Part shown: one piece after another, positions 51,360 through 64,000 of the stretch | Layout of the letters: each line of letters begins with the position of its first letter | Numbering within the stretch: the stretch's first letter is position 1 | NCBI GenBank assembly: GCA_002269645.1 | Contig: NIVC01000497.1 | Coordinates: 62,001-126,000 of the forward strand | Source: Macrostomum lignano | Lineage: Eukaryota | Direction of reading: 5' to 3' | DNA: 64,000 nt | Program-made: the position numbers and the translations under genes | The notes under the pieces: generated by a model | What the model was told of the DNA's origin: nothing | What the model saw: the letters and a program-made list of their open reading frames with translations, nothing else | Database searches by the model: none

Positions 51360-52075
51360 AAAGTTGCGATTGCATGTTGCAATCAGGACAAGAAGCCCCC
51401 CTTGAATTGTCCGGTCAAGTGATCATGATCCCAGTGCTGGGATCATGATCATGATATGGGTCTGGGAAAACCGATCCGCAGCGGAAACAAGTAGTCGACT
51501 CATCGAAGGCTTTTACATACTTAGCAGTGACAGTTTTAGGTTGATGGCTATGCCTTTTGTTCCAAGAATAGACTTCTCTGGAAACTTCTTCAAGCGAGTG
51601 CAAAAACTTTTCAACGCAGCTTTCAGACGCGCTCTCATTAAAAATTTGCAAACTAGCGTTTCTGTCTCGCAATCGAGGACCGATTGTATCGTCTCGTTGG
51701 AGAAGAATGTATCCAGCAGCGGCAGGGAGGTGCTCTGTCAGGTACATTGTTCCACCATCTCGGGACGGGACACCAGAATTCTCGAACACTGATTTGTCTA
51801 GTTCAGTCACGCTTGCTGAAGCTGCTTTATCCTCATACTTGGAGCAAGGGGAATTAAAAGCCTTGAAATCAGCGTAGACAACAAAATGAGGCGATATTGT
51901 ATTTTCTAGTTGGTTAATTATAGAGTATTTAGTCTTGTCGGCACTTGGCATCACCTCTCGAACAGTACAGTCATCACTTTGGTAGCAATCCTGTCTGTGC
52001 TTCTTAAGTCGTTCCTGAGAACGAAAGCCTGACAGGCACCGCTCGCACCATTTTCGTTGATGAAGACCATCCTTC
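51360..52075 (-). mobile_element. Polinton/Maverick-like protein-primed polymerase N-terminal region, decayed
   Basis: WCERCLSGF..RLKKH..C, PHFVVYADF, HLPAAAGY, CVEKFLHSL, CFRCGSVF, then DHDHLTGQFKG and a frameshifted CPDCN (DHxHxTG..G..CxxCN, endonuclease VII-like). Recalled Polinton pPolB architecture. Confidence 0.72.
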
Positions 52076-52169
52076 TATTTAAAAGACGTTAGTACCATTA
52101 GTCTGCGCTGGGGCATGAGAATCGACTGTGTTGTAATCTGCGGCAACCTGCTGAATGCCGGCAATGCCA

Positions 52170-53480
52170 CCCTGCTGCTGAGTACCGCCTTGCTGCTGAA
52201 TACCGTCAAGCGGTGGCAGCTGCTGGGCGGTGCCGTCTTGCTGCTGAATTCCGCCTTGCTGCTGAATGCCGTCTTGCTGCTGAATGCCGCCTTGCTGCTG
52301 AATGCCGCCTTGCTGCTGAATGCAGCATTGCTGCTAGCTGAATGCCGCCTTGCTGCTGAATGCCGCCTTGCTGCTGAATGCCGTCTTACTGCTGAATGCC
52401 GCCTTGCTGCTGAATGCCGCCTAGCTGCTGAATGCCGTCTTGCTGCTGAATGCAGCATTGCTGCTGCTGAATGCCGTCTTGCTGCTGAATGCCGCCTAGC
52501 TGCTGAATGCCGTCTTGCTGCTGAATGCCGCCTAGCTGCTGAATGCCGCCTTGCTGCTAGCTAAATGCAGCATTGCTGTTGAATGCAGTCTTGCTGCTGA
52601 ATGCCGCCTTGCTGCTGAATGCCGCCTTGCTGCTGAATGCAGCATTGCTGCTAGCTGAATGCCGCCTTGCTGCTGAATGCCGCCTTGCTGCTGAATGCAG
52701 CATTGCTGCTGAATTCCGTCTTGCTGCTGAATTCCGTCTTGCTGCTGAATGCCGCCTTGCTGCTGAATGCCGCCTTGCTGCTGAATGCAGCATTGCTGCT
52801 GAATGCCGTCTTGCTGCTGAATGCCGCCTTGCTGCTGAATGCCGCCTTGCTGCTGAATGCAGCATTGCTGCTGAATGCCGTCTTGCTGCTGAATGCCGCC
52901 TTGCTGCTGAATGCCGCCTTGCTGCTGAATGCCGCCTTGCTGCTAGCTGAATGCAGCATTGCTGTTGAATGCAGTCTTGCTGCTGAATGCCGCCTTGCTG
53001 CTGAATGCCGCCTTGCTGCTGAATGCAGCATTGCTGCTAGCTGAATGCCGCCTTGCTGCTGAATGCCGCCTTGCTGCTGAATGCCGCCTTGCTGCTGAAT
53101 GCCGCCTTGCTGCTGAATGCCGCCTTGCTGCTAGCTGAATGCAGCATTGCTGTTGAATGCAGTCTTGCTGCTGAATGCCGCCTTGCTGCTGAATGCCGCC
53201 TTGCTGCTGAATGCAGCATTGCTGCTAGCTGAATGCCGCCTTGCTGCTGAATGCCGCCTTGCTGCTAGCTGAATGCAGCATTGCTGTTGAATGCAGTCTT
53301 GCTGCTGAATGCCGCCTTGCTGCTGAATGACGCCTTGCTGCTGAATGCAGCATTGCTGTTAGCTGAATGCCGCCTTGCTGCTGAATGCCGCCTTGCTGCT
53401 GAATGCCGTCTTGCTGCTGAATGCCGCCTTGCTGCTGAATGCCGCCTTGCAGCTGAATGCCGCATTGCTGCTGAATGCCC
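52170..53480. repeat. 18-bp minisatellite (GCTGCTGAATGCCGCCTT)n; reads GIQQQG repeats on the minus strand
   Basis: About 70 units with periodic GCTAGCTG variants that shift the frame. Confidence 0.96.
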
Positions 53481-55439
53481 GCAGGCAGGCAGTCTGCGGG
53501 CGTCGCAGGCAGTACCAACTGCTAAATGTCGGCAGGCGGTGGCAGCTGCTGAATGTTCGCAGGCAGAGGCAGCTGCTGCGCGCTGCTGCCTTGCTGTTGA
53601 GTTGGTGGCCGATGTTCACCGACGATAATCAATTCTTCTTCTCCCTCCTCGCCGTCAGCATCCAGATCAATATTGACATCAGAATCATTTCTTTTGGAGG
53701 ACTGCTCATTCTTATGTCTTTGCCTTTTACTTCAATGCGACGTTGCTCACCAACTGGTTGCAGTGCAACAAAGTCGTCGTCGCTGTTTTGACCTTCATTG
53801 ATGCCCGCAATTATCTGGCTTAGCGACTCACGAGTGGCCTGTTCGTCAGCTGCCAGTTGCCGAGCCTTCTACATCACCATTCGCCTCAGGTTGCGCATGC
53901 AAATATCGCCACTGGGCAGCTGTAGATTACCACAGTGGGTCCTGACTCCTTTTACCACATGGCCACATTCTTCTTGATCATCCCGCATTGCCAGCAGACC
54001 AGCCATGAGCTTCTTCCACTGCAGCTATCATGCCGGGCCGTTAGCTGACCCAAAACAACTTTGTTGCAGGTCAGACAAACGTTAAATTGAGCAGACCTGC
54101 TGCTTTTTATTTTCATTTTAGCGGCTAAATTTCAATTTAAGAAAAAATTAAATGGGCTTTAAATACTCTTTGAGGCTTCGAAGACGCAGGGACGGGTGGA
54201 GGCCGTGCTATTTATGTTTTTTTAAAAGCATGAGAGGGGCGCTGATTGGGGAAAATAATATTTCATAATATTTAATTGTATTTATTTTCAATAGTTTTTA
54301 TAGTATACATTGACAATATCCCCATTTCGAACCCCACACACCCAAACCCAAACCCTCATATGGCCCCCCACCCCAGCTCAACCCCCCTTTACGATTGGCG
54401 ATCTTAGTCTACATGGAATGGAACAGTGGCTGTACATTTATATGCTCTTTGTAAAACATTGCGGCTGTAAACATGTCTGTGGGAACTAAAAATTTAATTC
54501 AGTGCTGCTACACCAAAAGTGTTCGCAAAACTTTATGGCTTGTTTTTGTTTTCGCCCTCCTGCAAGCCCCCACCCTCCCCGCACTAACGGGTTCTGTTAT
54601 CTATACCCAACAAACCCCCCCCCCTAATTTTTAAACAGTCTCCTGGACTCCAGGCTCCAACAAATTAGACTTCGTTCTTCTTTCAAAGTTCATAGTTATT
54701 ACTATTGAGCAAGAACTCTCATAGAATTATTTCTATGTAAATACGAGTGTAGATACAAACTATTTTTAGTATAGTGCATTATTTAAAAGCGATTGCTCAT
54801 ACAGTCATGGCCACGGGAAGGAACTGATTTCCCGCGGGATTCCCACGGGTCATTCCCGCGGGAAACACATTTGATTGGCTCGCTCCACCAACCCCCACCG
54901 AGACGCGACCCTCTGTTGTGTCACCCTATTACCCCTCATTATCGTCTCTACTGTGCTCAGATTTAAAACTTGTACGAGAAAGCACATTAAGGAATTGTTA
55001 TTTAGCAACTATTTGAACTCGTTTTCAACTGTAGAGATCTCCAAAATACATTACAAATTAAACTACTATAAGTAGTAAAATAATAATGGAAAAACTTTAA
55101 AGCAAAAAATTCCAAATTGTCACACTATTTTTAAGACCACGAAAGCAACAAATGATAATCTTTTGCAACATTTAAATTTAGAACTCTGAATAAGGTATTC
55201 GATGCTCAAATCTATTGTATTCTATAGGGTCAAATTTCCAAAACGCAAAACAATAAGCCCGGGAAACGCTGCTGCGCTCTCCACTGGTGCTCAGGTAGCC
55301 AGTCCAACTCCATTGCGGCTGAACGGACTCACACATGTTTCAACTGCACCTGCAGGCTCGCTGTCAGCTGAACGGGATACATCGACGTCGCTGCAGATAG
55401 TAGACATTGACTACCGCTGCAAGGCACTCACAGTTTGAT

Positions 55440-55780
55440 AGCTTTCATGATCTCGTGACTCCAGTTGAACTTGACGACCTGACACCTGCTGATCTGCATG
55501 CTGTGAAAGTTAAATCTGACTCCGCTGGATCGTTAGCAGCTCAACTGTCACGATTAGCAATTCCTGGTTACGAAAGGTGCAAACTGACAGTTGGACAGCC
55601 TCGGCTTCAAGGAAAGCAAAGTTATCCAATCTTCATTCTGCAGCACATAACAGCCATCACTCTGCAGCACTTTCCAACTGCGCGTAAGGATGAAATCAGT
55701 GCAGCGATTAATCAAGAGGCGAGAGATCTCTTGAAGAAGGCCAAGAATTGCAACTGGGCAGGACTCGAAGAAGCGAGCAA
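55440..55780 (+). pseudogene. BEN-domain-like coding relic
   Basis: SAGSLAAQLSRL..LTVG..GKQSYP..LQHITAITLQHFP..ISAAINQEARD resembles the helix pattern of BEN domains. No clear start codon or exon context. Confidence 0.45.
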
Positions 55781-56656
55781 CATGTATTTGAATGACCTGT
55801 TGATTGAAAATGTGCTTCAATCTCACTGACCATACATACAAAAGGCAGTGATATACCGTATAGGTCCTCTTTTTAGTGGTTGTACAGGTGCATGTATGCA
55901 ATTGATACGCACTACATTTTGAACGCATTGACTGTCACTTAAAGCTCCCTTTATATTAAGCAATGGAAGCGTAGTGCTAAATAAATGACGAATACAACTT
56001 TTTATGCGTTCTAATTTTGCTGCGCTTGCAACTGATTTTATTTGAGTAGCACGAACTATGCAAGACAGATAAAATCAAAAGCCAAAGAGCTAATACTCGT
56101 AATTGGGAAGAAAATCATTCTATGCACTGATATTAGGAAGCCAACATTCGCATAATAAAATTTAGTAGGCCTTCGCTTATGCAAGACATACCGATTCATA
56201 TCACAACACATGGAGAACAGTTTGATATTAGCTCTATGTATGTACATGTAAGAGAAGCATATTACTGGGTTATAAAACGGGTGATTCAACCCAACCCATG
56301 TGCAAATCACTCAGCCCAGAATGAGTGTAGCTTGGTCTCAGATTTCAATAAGGCCCTCAACAATAATGGGTGATTCATAATGAGTATATCTGACAGACTT
56401 CTCAGCAACGTTGACTGGTTGATGCAATTACGCAATTGTGGGGCTGTGTGGGGCAATATGCGAATGTGTGACTACTAAAACCATAGCTCACTTTCCCTCT
56501 TCCCCCCCCCTCCTTCGTGCCAAGAATCAAAGGTGGTGGTGATTCATTCTAGAGATGTCTATAGCAAAATCAAGAGTAGTGAATAGTTGTTCATGCACGT
56601 GGGGTTTCTATTGCAACGAAGAACGAATTCTTCACAGGTATTAGAACCCTGACTAG

Positions 56657-56786
56657 CAATCTCGTGCTGTCATCTTCTTGGACCAGAAATCCTCGATGCC
56701 TTGTATTAGCTCGGCCTGGGTCTTAGGTTTTACATTCTTGTCTAGGAATCCCTTCATGAAGCTCCAGGTATTCTGATGGATTCAGG
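56657..56786 (-). pseudogene. Tc1-like transposase C-terminal fragment
   Basis: Frameshifted LNP-x-E, then WSFMKGFLDKNVKPKTQAELIQGIEDFWSKKMTARDC. Confidence 0.55.
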
Positions 56787-58099
56787 AATGATATACACCT
56801 GCGCAGCCCTTAAATTCCCCAAACTTTCTCAGACATCTTGTATCAATAATATTCCACAGGGGAGGTGCTGCTTAGTGCTTGCCTTCCACCGGACAAACCA
56901 AACGCTAGGCGCGCTGAGCCTCTCTAATTTCTCCAGTTCAACCAATTCCACACTGACTTGCACCCCTACCCCCATCGCCCCGTACGCTCGCTCTCCTATC
57001 TCCGCACTGTTCGACAGTGTTCTGCTAACTTTCAGACGACCCACCTCAACTCCTTGCGCCAGCCTCACCTCCACCCGCCCATCGCCACTCTGCCCTTCTA
57101 TCTTCGCACTGTTCGACAGGGTTCTGCTAACCCATACTACTATTATCATACTGTATCAAACTTTCGCGAAGGTCACTACAGAATTTTATGTTATGTGGGT
57201 GTTATTAAAAATGTCTAACTAACGGCTAGTCAGTCCCTTCGTTGAATTTTTTTTCACCATTCATAGCTCGTAACTGCTCAAATGAGTACAGACTAAGGTA
57301 CTTGAGGCCCCATACATAAAATCTCGTACACCAACCATAAAGAAGCAACTTGCCAATCATGGTGCCAGTGCCCTCCTTAGAGTATTCTAGGTGCGCACAT
57401 GAGCTTCACACAACGTAATGTGCACACACAAGACTGTGAAATCGACTGTTAGTTAAATGTACACTTTTTGACTTTTATCGTCCCGTTTTTGTCTAAATTG
57501 ATCGTTAGTAAAATAAATCTTTACTAATTCATTAAGAGCCTGACGATGCATGAAGCGAGGCAAAACATGTCGCTTATCAAAAATGCTAGTGCCTCTAACG
57601 ACGTCCACCGACTGCTGCTGCGTGGTGCCTCTAACGACGTCCACCGACTATTCGTAGGTATGAGGCTGCCGTCAACTGCGTCGTAAAGCACAACGTGTCG
57701 TCCAGAGCGCCAAATTATCTTAAGGGTATTTAGTCGTGCAATACGACCATTAAAATCATTTCCCGTAGCCTCGGCAGCCATTGTTGATAGCTCCTGAGTA
57801 ACCTGAAATTTCAATTTTAATTTCACGTTAGTTCACTGAAACTGTATTTCTAACAGAGTTGCGCTTATATAAATTTAAATTAATTTTTCAAGGGTTTACA
57901 CTAAAGAGCTAACACGAAATGCATCGGTGTATTTCTCTTGTCGCGACATTATATGATGAGGCGTAATCTTCTCAAAAGAGTACAAGGCTTGGCCTGACAA
58001 GTTTGAACGAGCGCTTTGAATTGAAGTGCTTTGCTGCTTTGTCTGTAATAGCTTATTGTCCATCGGCTGTGACAGAGCTCTGGAGCAAATAATTCGAGC

Positions 58100-59231
58100 T
58101 CCGCATCTTAAAAATGTGCTGACAAGGCAAAAGTGACGAAAAATGGGAAATTGCAGGACACAGTTGAAGTCTCGCCCAGAATCTCTATCGTCTCTTGCGT
58201 CGCTTTCGTCAATTCCTTGATAACCTTTTTAAGTACGTACGGCGTCAAAATCTTCGAGAACCTATACTCGATTGAATCCGTCTCGAACAAGCGAACAGCA
58301 GTTTTGTAAAGAGTAGAAAGTATTTCGTTTTTTGCTGAATTCTTGTTGAAGAAATGAATTGCAAGTCTTTGCAGAAACTGTAGAAAGTTGGAGTTGCGTG
58401 GAAAAACGGTTTCAACTTTTTGATAAAGACTTTCGACACGGTTGTTAGCGCTATTTCCAAGATTCGCAGCCTTGAGACCGACGACCCACTCGTGACGAAT
58501 TTTATGCCAATTTTTGTTGAAGTAGTTTTGTAGCCTAGCACTGGCAACCGATTCGAGAAGGCGTATATTTAAAACGTACGTCTCTTTATCCGCAGAATAG
58601 GCTATTTACTAAAGTGCCTCCATGACGAGCTCCAAATTCCTCTACTTTAAAGCCACTTTACGGAAGGTTTTAAGGACGTGAAAAAGGCATATTTGAAGCT
58701 TGGTATTAAGCTGCTCAAAAAAAAACACTTCTTTTAACGCAGTCTTTGTACGTTTCAAGCGCATCCTGAGAAAAAAGGATTTAACATAAAATACATGGCT
58801 GTGAAACTTTCTTAAAAATGTGTTACTTGAATTTAATATTCGACACTTGTACCAACAGTAGCAATTTTATTATAAAACATACTGCAGTGATGCAAAGCTA
58901 AGGTTTTTATGCATTCCAATTTTAAATTCACTTTCCTAGGAGAGCTAAATCCAGCTCTCCTGGATTTATGGAGAAGATATATGGCTATAAAAACTGCTTT
59001 TGAGAAACTCCTAGACCCCGACCTAAACTTTACTAAATAACTTCTTTCCAGCTTGCATTTAATTAGGCCGAGAGCCTTTAGACGTCTTTCGTTGACTACC
59101 AAACTGAATGCAGCAAAAGAGTATTTAGAATACACGATCGCATCGCTAATTTTTTTGAGGCAAACGTCTTTGAGCAGCCGACAGCATTCTACTATCTCTC
59201 TTATACAACTGCACAAAATGACTGTCTTCAT
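58100..59231 (-). pseudogene. MULE (Mutator-like) transposase relic
   Basis: ICLFHVLKTFRK (CxxH motif) at about 58660-58692 and EWVVGLK..LGNSANNRVES at about 58430-58500; many stops and frameshifts. Confidence 0.68.
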
Positions 59232-59439
59232 ATTGTTTAATTAAGGGCTGAAGATCAGAATAAGAAGCAAAAGACTAACCCTAAAAAAACTCGGGTTGTT
59301 CTTCACATGGCAAAAGGCCTCTGAAAAAAAACAAAATTTCCAGAAAAGGTGTATTAAATGGAAACAATGTCTTAATAGACAAAAAAGAGGAAAATATTAG
59401 GTTAGATTAGGTTAGACGAGACTAAATTAAAGTTTGTAA

Positions 59440-59800
59440 AAGTTGGATGAGGTTAGATTGAAGTTGGATAAAGTTGGATAAGGTTGAATTGAAGTTAGAT
59501 GAAGCTGGATGATGTTAAATTGAAGTTGGATGAGGTTGGATTGAAGTTGGATAAGGTTGGATTGAAGCTGGATAGAAGATGGATTAGGTTGGATGAGGTT
59601 AGATTGAAGTTGGATAATGTTGGATCGAAGTTGGATGACGTTGGATTGAAGTTGGCTAAAGGTTGGATTGAAGTTGGATGAGGTTGAAAACGGATGGATG
59701 AGGTTAGAAAATGATGGATGAGGTTGGATTCAAGTTGGATGAGGTTGGATAGAAATTACATGAGATTAGATTGAAGTTGGATAAGGTTGGATTGAAGTTG
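59440..59800. repeat. About 21-bp degenerate satellite (GTTGGATGAGGTTGGATTGAA)n
   Basis: Direct reading. Confidence 0.88.
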
Positions 59801-59957
59801 GATAACATTTGATTACATTAGTAACATTACATTAAAGTTAAAATTAACATGAACATAACATTGGTGTATTATATACACAAGCTAAATAATATATGTACGC
59901 TCGTAAACTAGATAAAATTATACTATAAGAATGATAAATTAAGCAGCTAGTTATCTA

Positions 59958-59990
59958 CTAGCAATCTAGTGCCTCCCTTCGGGGTGGCCA
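59958..59990 (-). mobile_element. Possible Helitron 3' end (hairpin followed by CTAG|T)
   Basis: The minus strand reads GCCACCCCGAAGGGAGGC (hairpin), ACTAGATTG, then CTAG-T. Confidence 0.35.
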
Positions 59991-60007
59991 ATAAGCAAGG
60001 GACGAAG

Positions 60008-61816
60008 CATAGTTGCCACCCAGTTTTTAAAGAAAAGTAGCGCAAGGACTATTTTTTAGCGCAGTTCTTAAAAAATCTCTCATCCTTCCCACAAACCAGT
60101 TTTTCTTTACACTATGACAGACATTTAGTAAATTCGAAAACAAAAATGAATTACATGTACAAGGAAAATTGTTTCAAGTTGCGCAGACAAAAGTAAAAAG
60201 AAGCACCTCAGACAATAAAGACTACAGCATGAAGCTTAGAGTTATAGTTACTACAAACATTCAGTAAATTTTAAGTTGATAAAATGTACAAACATAATCA
60301 TTTCTTCTTCTTCTTTGATTTTGCTTCTTCACTGTCACCATGCCACTTGCGTAGGGCATGCTCCTCCTTATCAGCAAGTGCGAGAATGTCCTGAACCTTC
60401 GTGCGCATTTCGTCAATCTTTGTTTGGGCCTCTGCCTGCTTTTGTTGCTTCTGCTGCTGGAGCTCTTTTCTCCTTTTCAGCAACCAGTCGTCGCTGCTCC
60501 TCCAGTGCTTGCTGAAGTCGCTTCATGGCCTTTTCGTTTTGCTTAGCTCGTCGTCGCTCATCGGCTTTGCTTTTGGCTTGAAAAGCTGTGTCCAGCAGGT
60601 TAGAATCAATAGTGACCTTGGCTGGGCTAGTGCTGTTGCATTTCATCCAAACTTTCACAGCCAAAATCGAGTCCAGCGTAACTTCTCCTAGCCTATTGCG
60701 CTGCTTGGTCAAGTTGTTGGCCACCCATTTCAAAACTCGTTCTCTATCTGCATTACCGTGCAGTATGCAGCAGGCAGCATGACCTAGTTTAGAAATATGA
60801 GGATAATTTTCAGCAGAAAGCTGTGCCCAAAAAGCCTCTGGTGTCTCCTTTGCTTTCTCAGTTGGGCAGGTCAGTCGAAGCCTTGTAGCTTCCAGCCGGA
60901 TATCATCCAGCAAGTCGGCAGAAATGACTGTGCTTATAGCATGCCCAACACGTAGAATAATGTTGTCAAAGTTGAATTCTGATCCCAACATGTATTCAGG
61001 ATCCACAAACTGAAGGCCAGAAAGCACCTTGTTGTTGAAAGGTAAGTAGGTGAACAGTCGACTAATAATTTCAGAAAAGAAGCAGCGAACTGACTTAAAA
61101 AAGCCAATCTGCTCCATCTGACGTAACCGTGCAACAGTCTCACGGGTGGCCGAGCCGATGATTAGATCCTTGTTCATTAGTTGATTGTTGCGATCAGTAG
61201 CCCTGTCAACCAGGTCTGAAAGAGAGCGGCTGTTTTCAACAACTTCACTCCGCATAAAGCAAAGAAGAATGTCACAAAAGCTTTTCCAGCGAATAAGCCA
61301 AGTGGTGAACCTGAGTGCTCTCCCGCTGAAAATTTTTCTCGAATGCTTCGCATCTTGGCAGCACTTGGCTTAAAAACTGGAGCTTGGCTAGCATCTCATC
61401 AGTAAAAGCCAGCTTGATTCGTCGTGCCCGAATTTTGTCCAGTTCTGAGGCACTAGCTTTGTGGCTGAAATGTGACTTGAATTTTATAGTACCTAAACTA
61501 CTACTTCCCTAGATTCCCACTTTAGTACTTTCACTACTTATACCTATAATATACTTATACATAGACTTATCGTATAAGTTTATAGAGAAAATTACAAAAC
61601 TAATGACCCAAAAATAGGAACAAGAATCATTTTGACCTTTCTTACTTTATTTAGAATGAGTTTTTAGCAATAAAAGTAAAAAAAAGATAAGCAAAAAAAT
61701 AATTACTTTTTTGAGCAGACCCAAATTTTTTGAGCAGAACCAAATAAAATTGAGCATTTGAGCAGCTTAATTTTTTTGAGCAATTGCTCAAAATTTGAGC
61801 AGGGGTGGCAAATATG
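60008..61816 (-). mobile_element. Internally deleted hAT DNA transposon with 14-bp TIRs and 8-bp TSD
   Basis: TIRs CATAGTTGCCACCC (60008) and GGGTGGCAAATATG (61803-61816). TSD GGACGAAG / GGACGAAT. The ORF at 60413-61255 contains the hAT dimerisation region FWAQL..YPHISKL..HGNADRER..TKQRNRL..TLDSIL. Subterminal TGAGCA repeats lie at about 61710-61800. Confidence 0.9.
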
Positions 61817-62650
61817 GGACGAATCCCTTAAAATGAAAAAAAATTCTTAGGGAGGGGGCTTGGAATCGAATTCTCATTTTAATTCTGGGGCTTATGTACC
61901 AATCAAACATGCTTGTGCAGAATTTTAAAACTGACAATTCAACCATACTTGCCTTCTTTCAGAGCAATAGCGTACTACTTCTGTAGCGGGGGGTGTCGCA
62001 GTGCAAGGTGTACGCTCTGCAACGGCTGGAAAAGCAGTAACAGCAAAAAGTATTGTTACCTAAAGGCAACACAGTTGCCTATCATGCAGAGGCGTCACTG
62101 GCGTTGCACCAAGTTTAACTGTTTTAATGTTTACTTACAAACATTGGCGTTGACAATGCTATTGTCATTGGAGCCAGTGGTTATTTGATAGTGGATATTG
62201 CCTGGTAAAATGACTTACATTAATTGGTTGGACTTGCTTAAAGTATTGTTTCCGTAATTTAGATTTTGTACTTTTGTACTTTTACTTGCGACTCAAATTG
62301 CCAATATTTTCCCATAGCCTAACTTCCTTTTAGCTACAGTTTTTTTCTTGCAGTTCGCATGTGCCCCAACCCTTTTCATCTTTATTCACTCACAGGGTAA
62401 TTAAAATGCAACTTAAATTTCACTCACTCAACTCTAGGAGCTTGTAGTTTTCTAGCAGTTTTTAATTTTAGTTTTTTACGACTTTGGTTTGACACATTTT
62501 GCAAATCATGCATGCAACTTTAAAATACATGGACACACTCTGGTTAACTGATGCAACATATCTGTGCGAGTCGTACACTAAATTCGTCATCGATATTTTC
62601 AAATCTACTTGATTAATTCCTTAACTGCGGAAACACGAGTGTGTGATTAG

Positions 62651-63409
62651 TATACTCAGCAACATTGAAAAGTCGCCACCCTTGGGCCGAGCAATTTCTC
62701 ACGTGCAAGTTGCGCAACTCACTCTCTCACTGCGGGACATACATTACGTAATCACCCCACTGGCAATAGGGTGTAGCACAAAAATAATGAAGACACAATT
62801 TATTAGGTTTTAGTTAAGTTACGAATATAAGCCCTGGCAGCAAAGTTCGATTTAAATGTTCAATTCAGAAAAGGTCTTAGTTACGAGTGTGCCCTCCGCG
62901 AGCATGCAGCAAGGCAGAAATTCTTCGCGGCATCCCCAGAATACCCACTGAAAAAATCGATGACGATTCTGTAACGAAACATCGCCATCGAATCGTGAAC
63001 GAAAATGGCACACAGGATCTGTACAAATTCAATGATAGATAATTGACAGAAATTTCGATATGATGTTTTAGTGATAGTCTACTTATAGTAGCATATGGAA
63101 ATTTAACTCGATGGAACTCCGAATTATATGTTGTTGCATCAATATCAATTGTTCAGTGTAGCGGTGATTTTTCATTTGTATTTAATAGAAGTGCGCAAAT
63201 AGAAGTGCGCACATGAAAACTGAGTTGGAGCTTTAACTCGCCCGTCACTCCCACCTCTATTTATTACACAGCTCAAATCCATTGTATGTCTATCTATTGT
63301 ATTACATGTATATGCCCCCGCGGTATAGAGAATGAGTTGCGCAACTTGCGAGATCCGAGAGAAATCGCTCGGCGCAAAGGGTGGCGACTTTTCAATGTTG
63401 CTGAGGATA
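62651..63409. mobile_element. MITE with about 100-bp imperfect TIRs (TA|TACTCAGCAACATTGAAAAGTCGCCACC...)
   Basis: 62651-62752 mirrors 63301-63409. A solitary copy of the same end lies at 30032-30070, ending GCTGAGTA|TA. Confidence 0.78.
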
Positions 63410-64000
63410 GAATTAAAATGTAAAAACGAATCCAGTCTTCTGTCTGTTTACAAATCTGTTCGCTATGGTCTCTATGGCTATGGACGCTATAATAGCTTTT
63501 TCTGGCATTGGACTGTTCTCACTCACTCATTACCCCAGATCATAGGGGATAGGCGGCATATGCCAGTGTACATAGCATGTACTGTGTTTTGGAATAAATT
63601 CGAGTTCGTTGGCGCCCCAGTGAAGAGGCTTGGTAAAAATTTCTCAACCAAACTTTTCTAGCCCGACAAGGCTACTATCATAAACGCCTACCCATTCCAA
63701 AGGGGGGACACGCCCGTGTACTTAACACTGTACGGTGTCGGAATAACTTCTTCATTTGCACCCCAACCGGTGGAGAGGGGCGCAGTCATTGGCGGAAACT
63801 AATAGAACAAAGTAAATATTACGCTCGTACTAAATGTACTTAAAGTAAAACACTGCAACCTGCAGCTACCATGTTGATCACACTCCCAAACCTGTACATT
63901 TAAAGTAATCTAACTAACTAACCAAAAATTAGAATGGTTGACAATAAATATTCAGTAAAATTTTCTAAACTTTTAATGCAGAAGCAACTTTTTTAAAATG

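Overview
Eukaryotic (animal) genomic DNA that is very rich in repeats. It has spliceosomal introns, about 20 micro- and minisatellite arrays and many decayed transposons. This style is consistent with a lophotrochozoan such as the flatworm Macrostomum, but that is inference only. Three host-type genes are supported: (1) a 7-EC protocadherin (2523-5150, 6112-6203, 6285-6749, +) with one single-base frameshift at about 3911; (2) a single-exon TMEM121/CECR6-like membrane protein (15814-16959, -); (3) a spliced 705-codon gene (21954-22387 + 22571-24254, +) that joins two C2H2 zinc fingers to two tandem AlkB-like 2OG-Fe(II) dioxygenase domains. In gene 3 the first AlkB domain lacks the metal ligands and the second has non-canonical active-site residues. 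This ZnF-pseudoAlkB-AlkB gene is the most unusual feature. It lies directly downstream of a 2.5-kb block almost devoid of CpG. From about 25 kb onward the window is mostly transposon remains: P-like elements with CANRG ends and 8-bp TSDs, THAP relics, Tc1/IS630, hAT, MULE, Ty3/gypsy, LINE, a Polinton/Maverick-like relic, a BEN-domain relic and MITEs. All calls were made by eye, without database searches.
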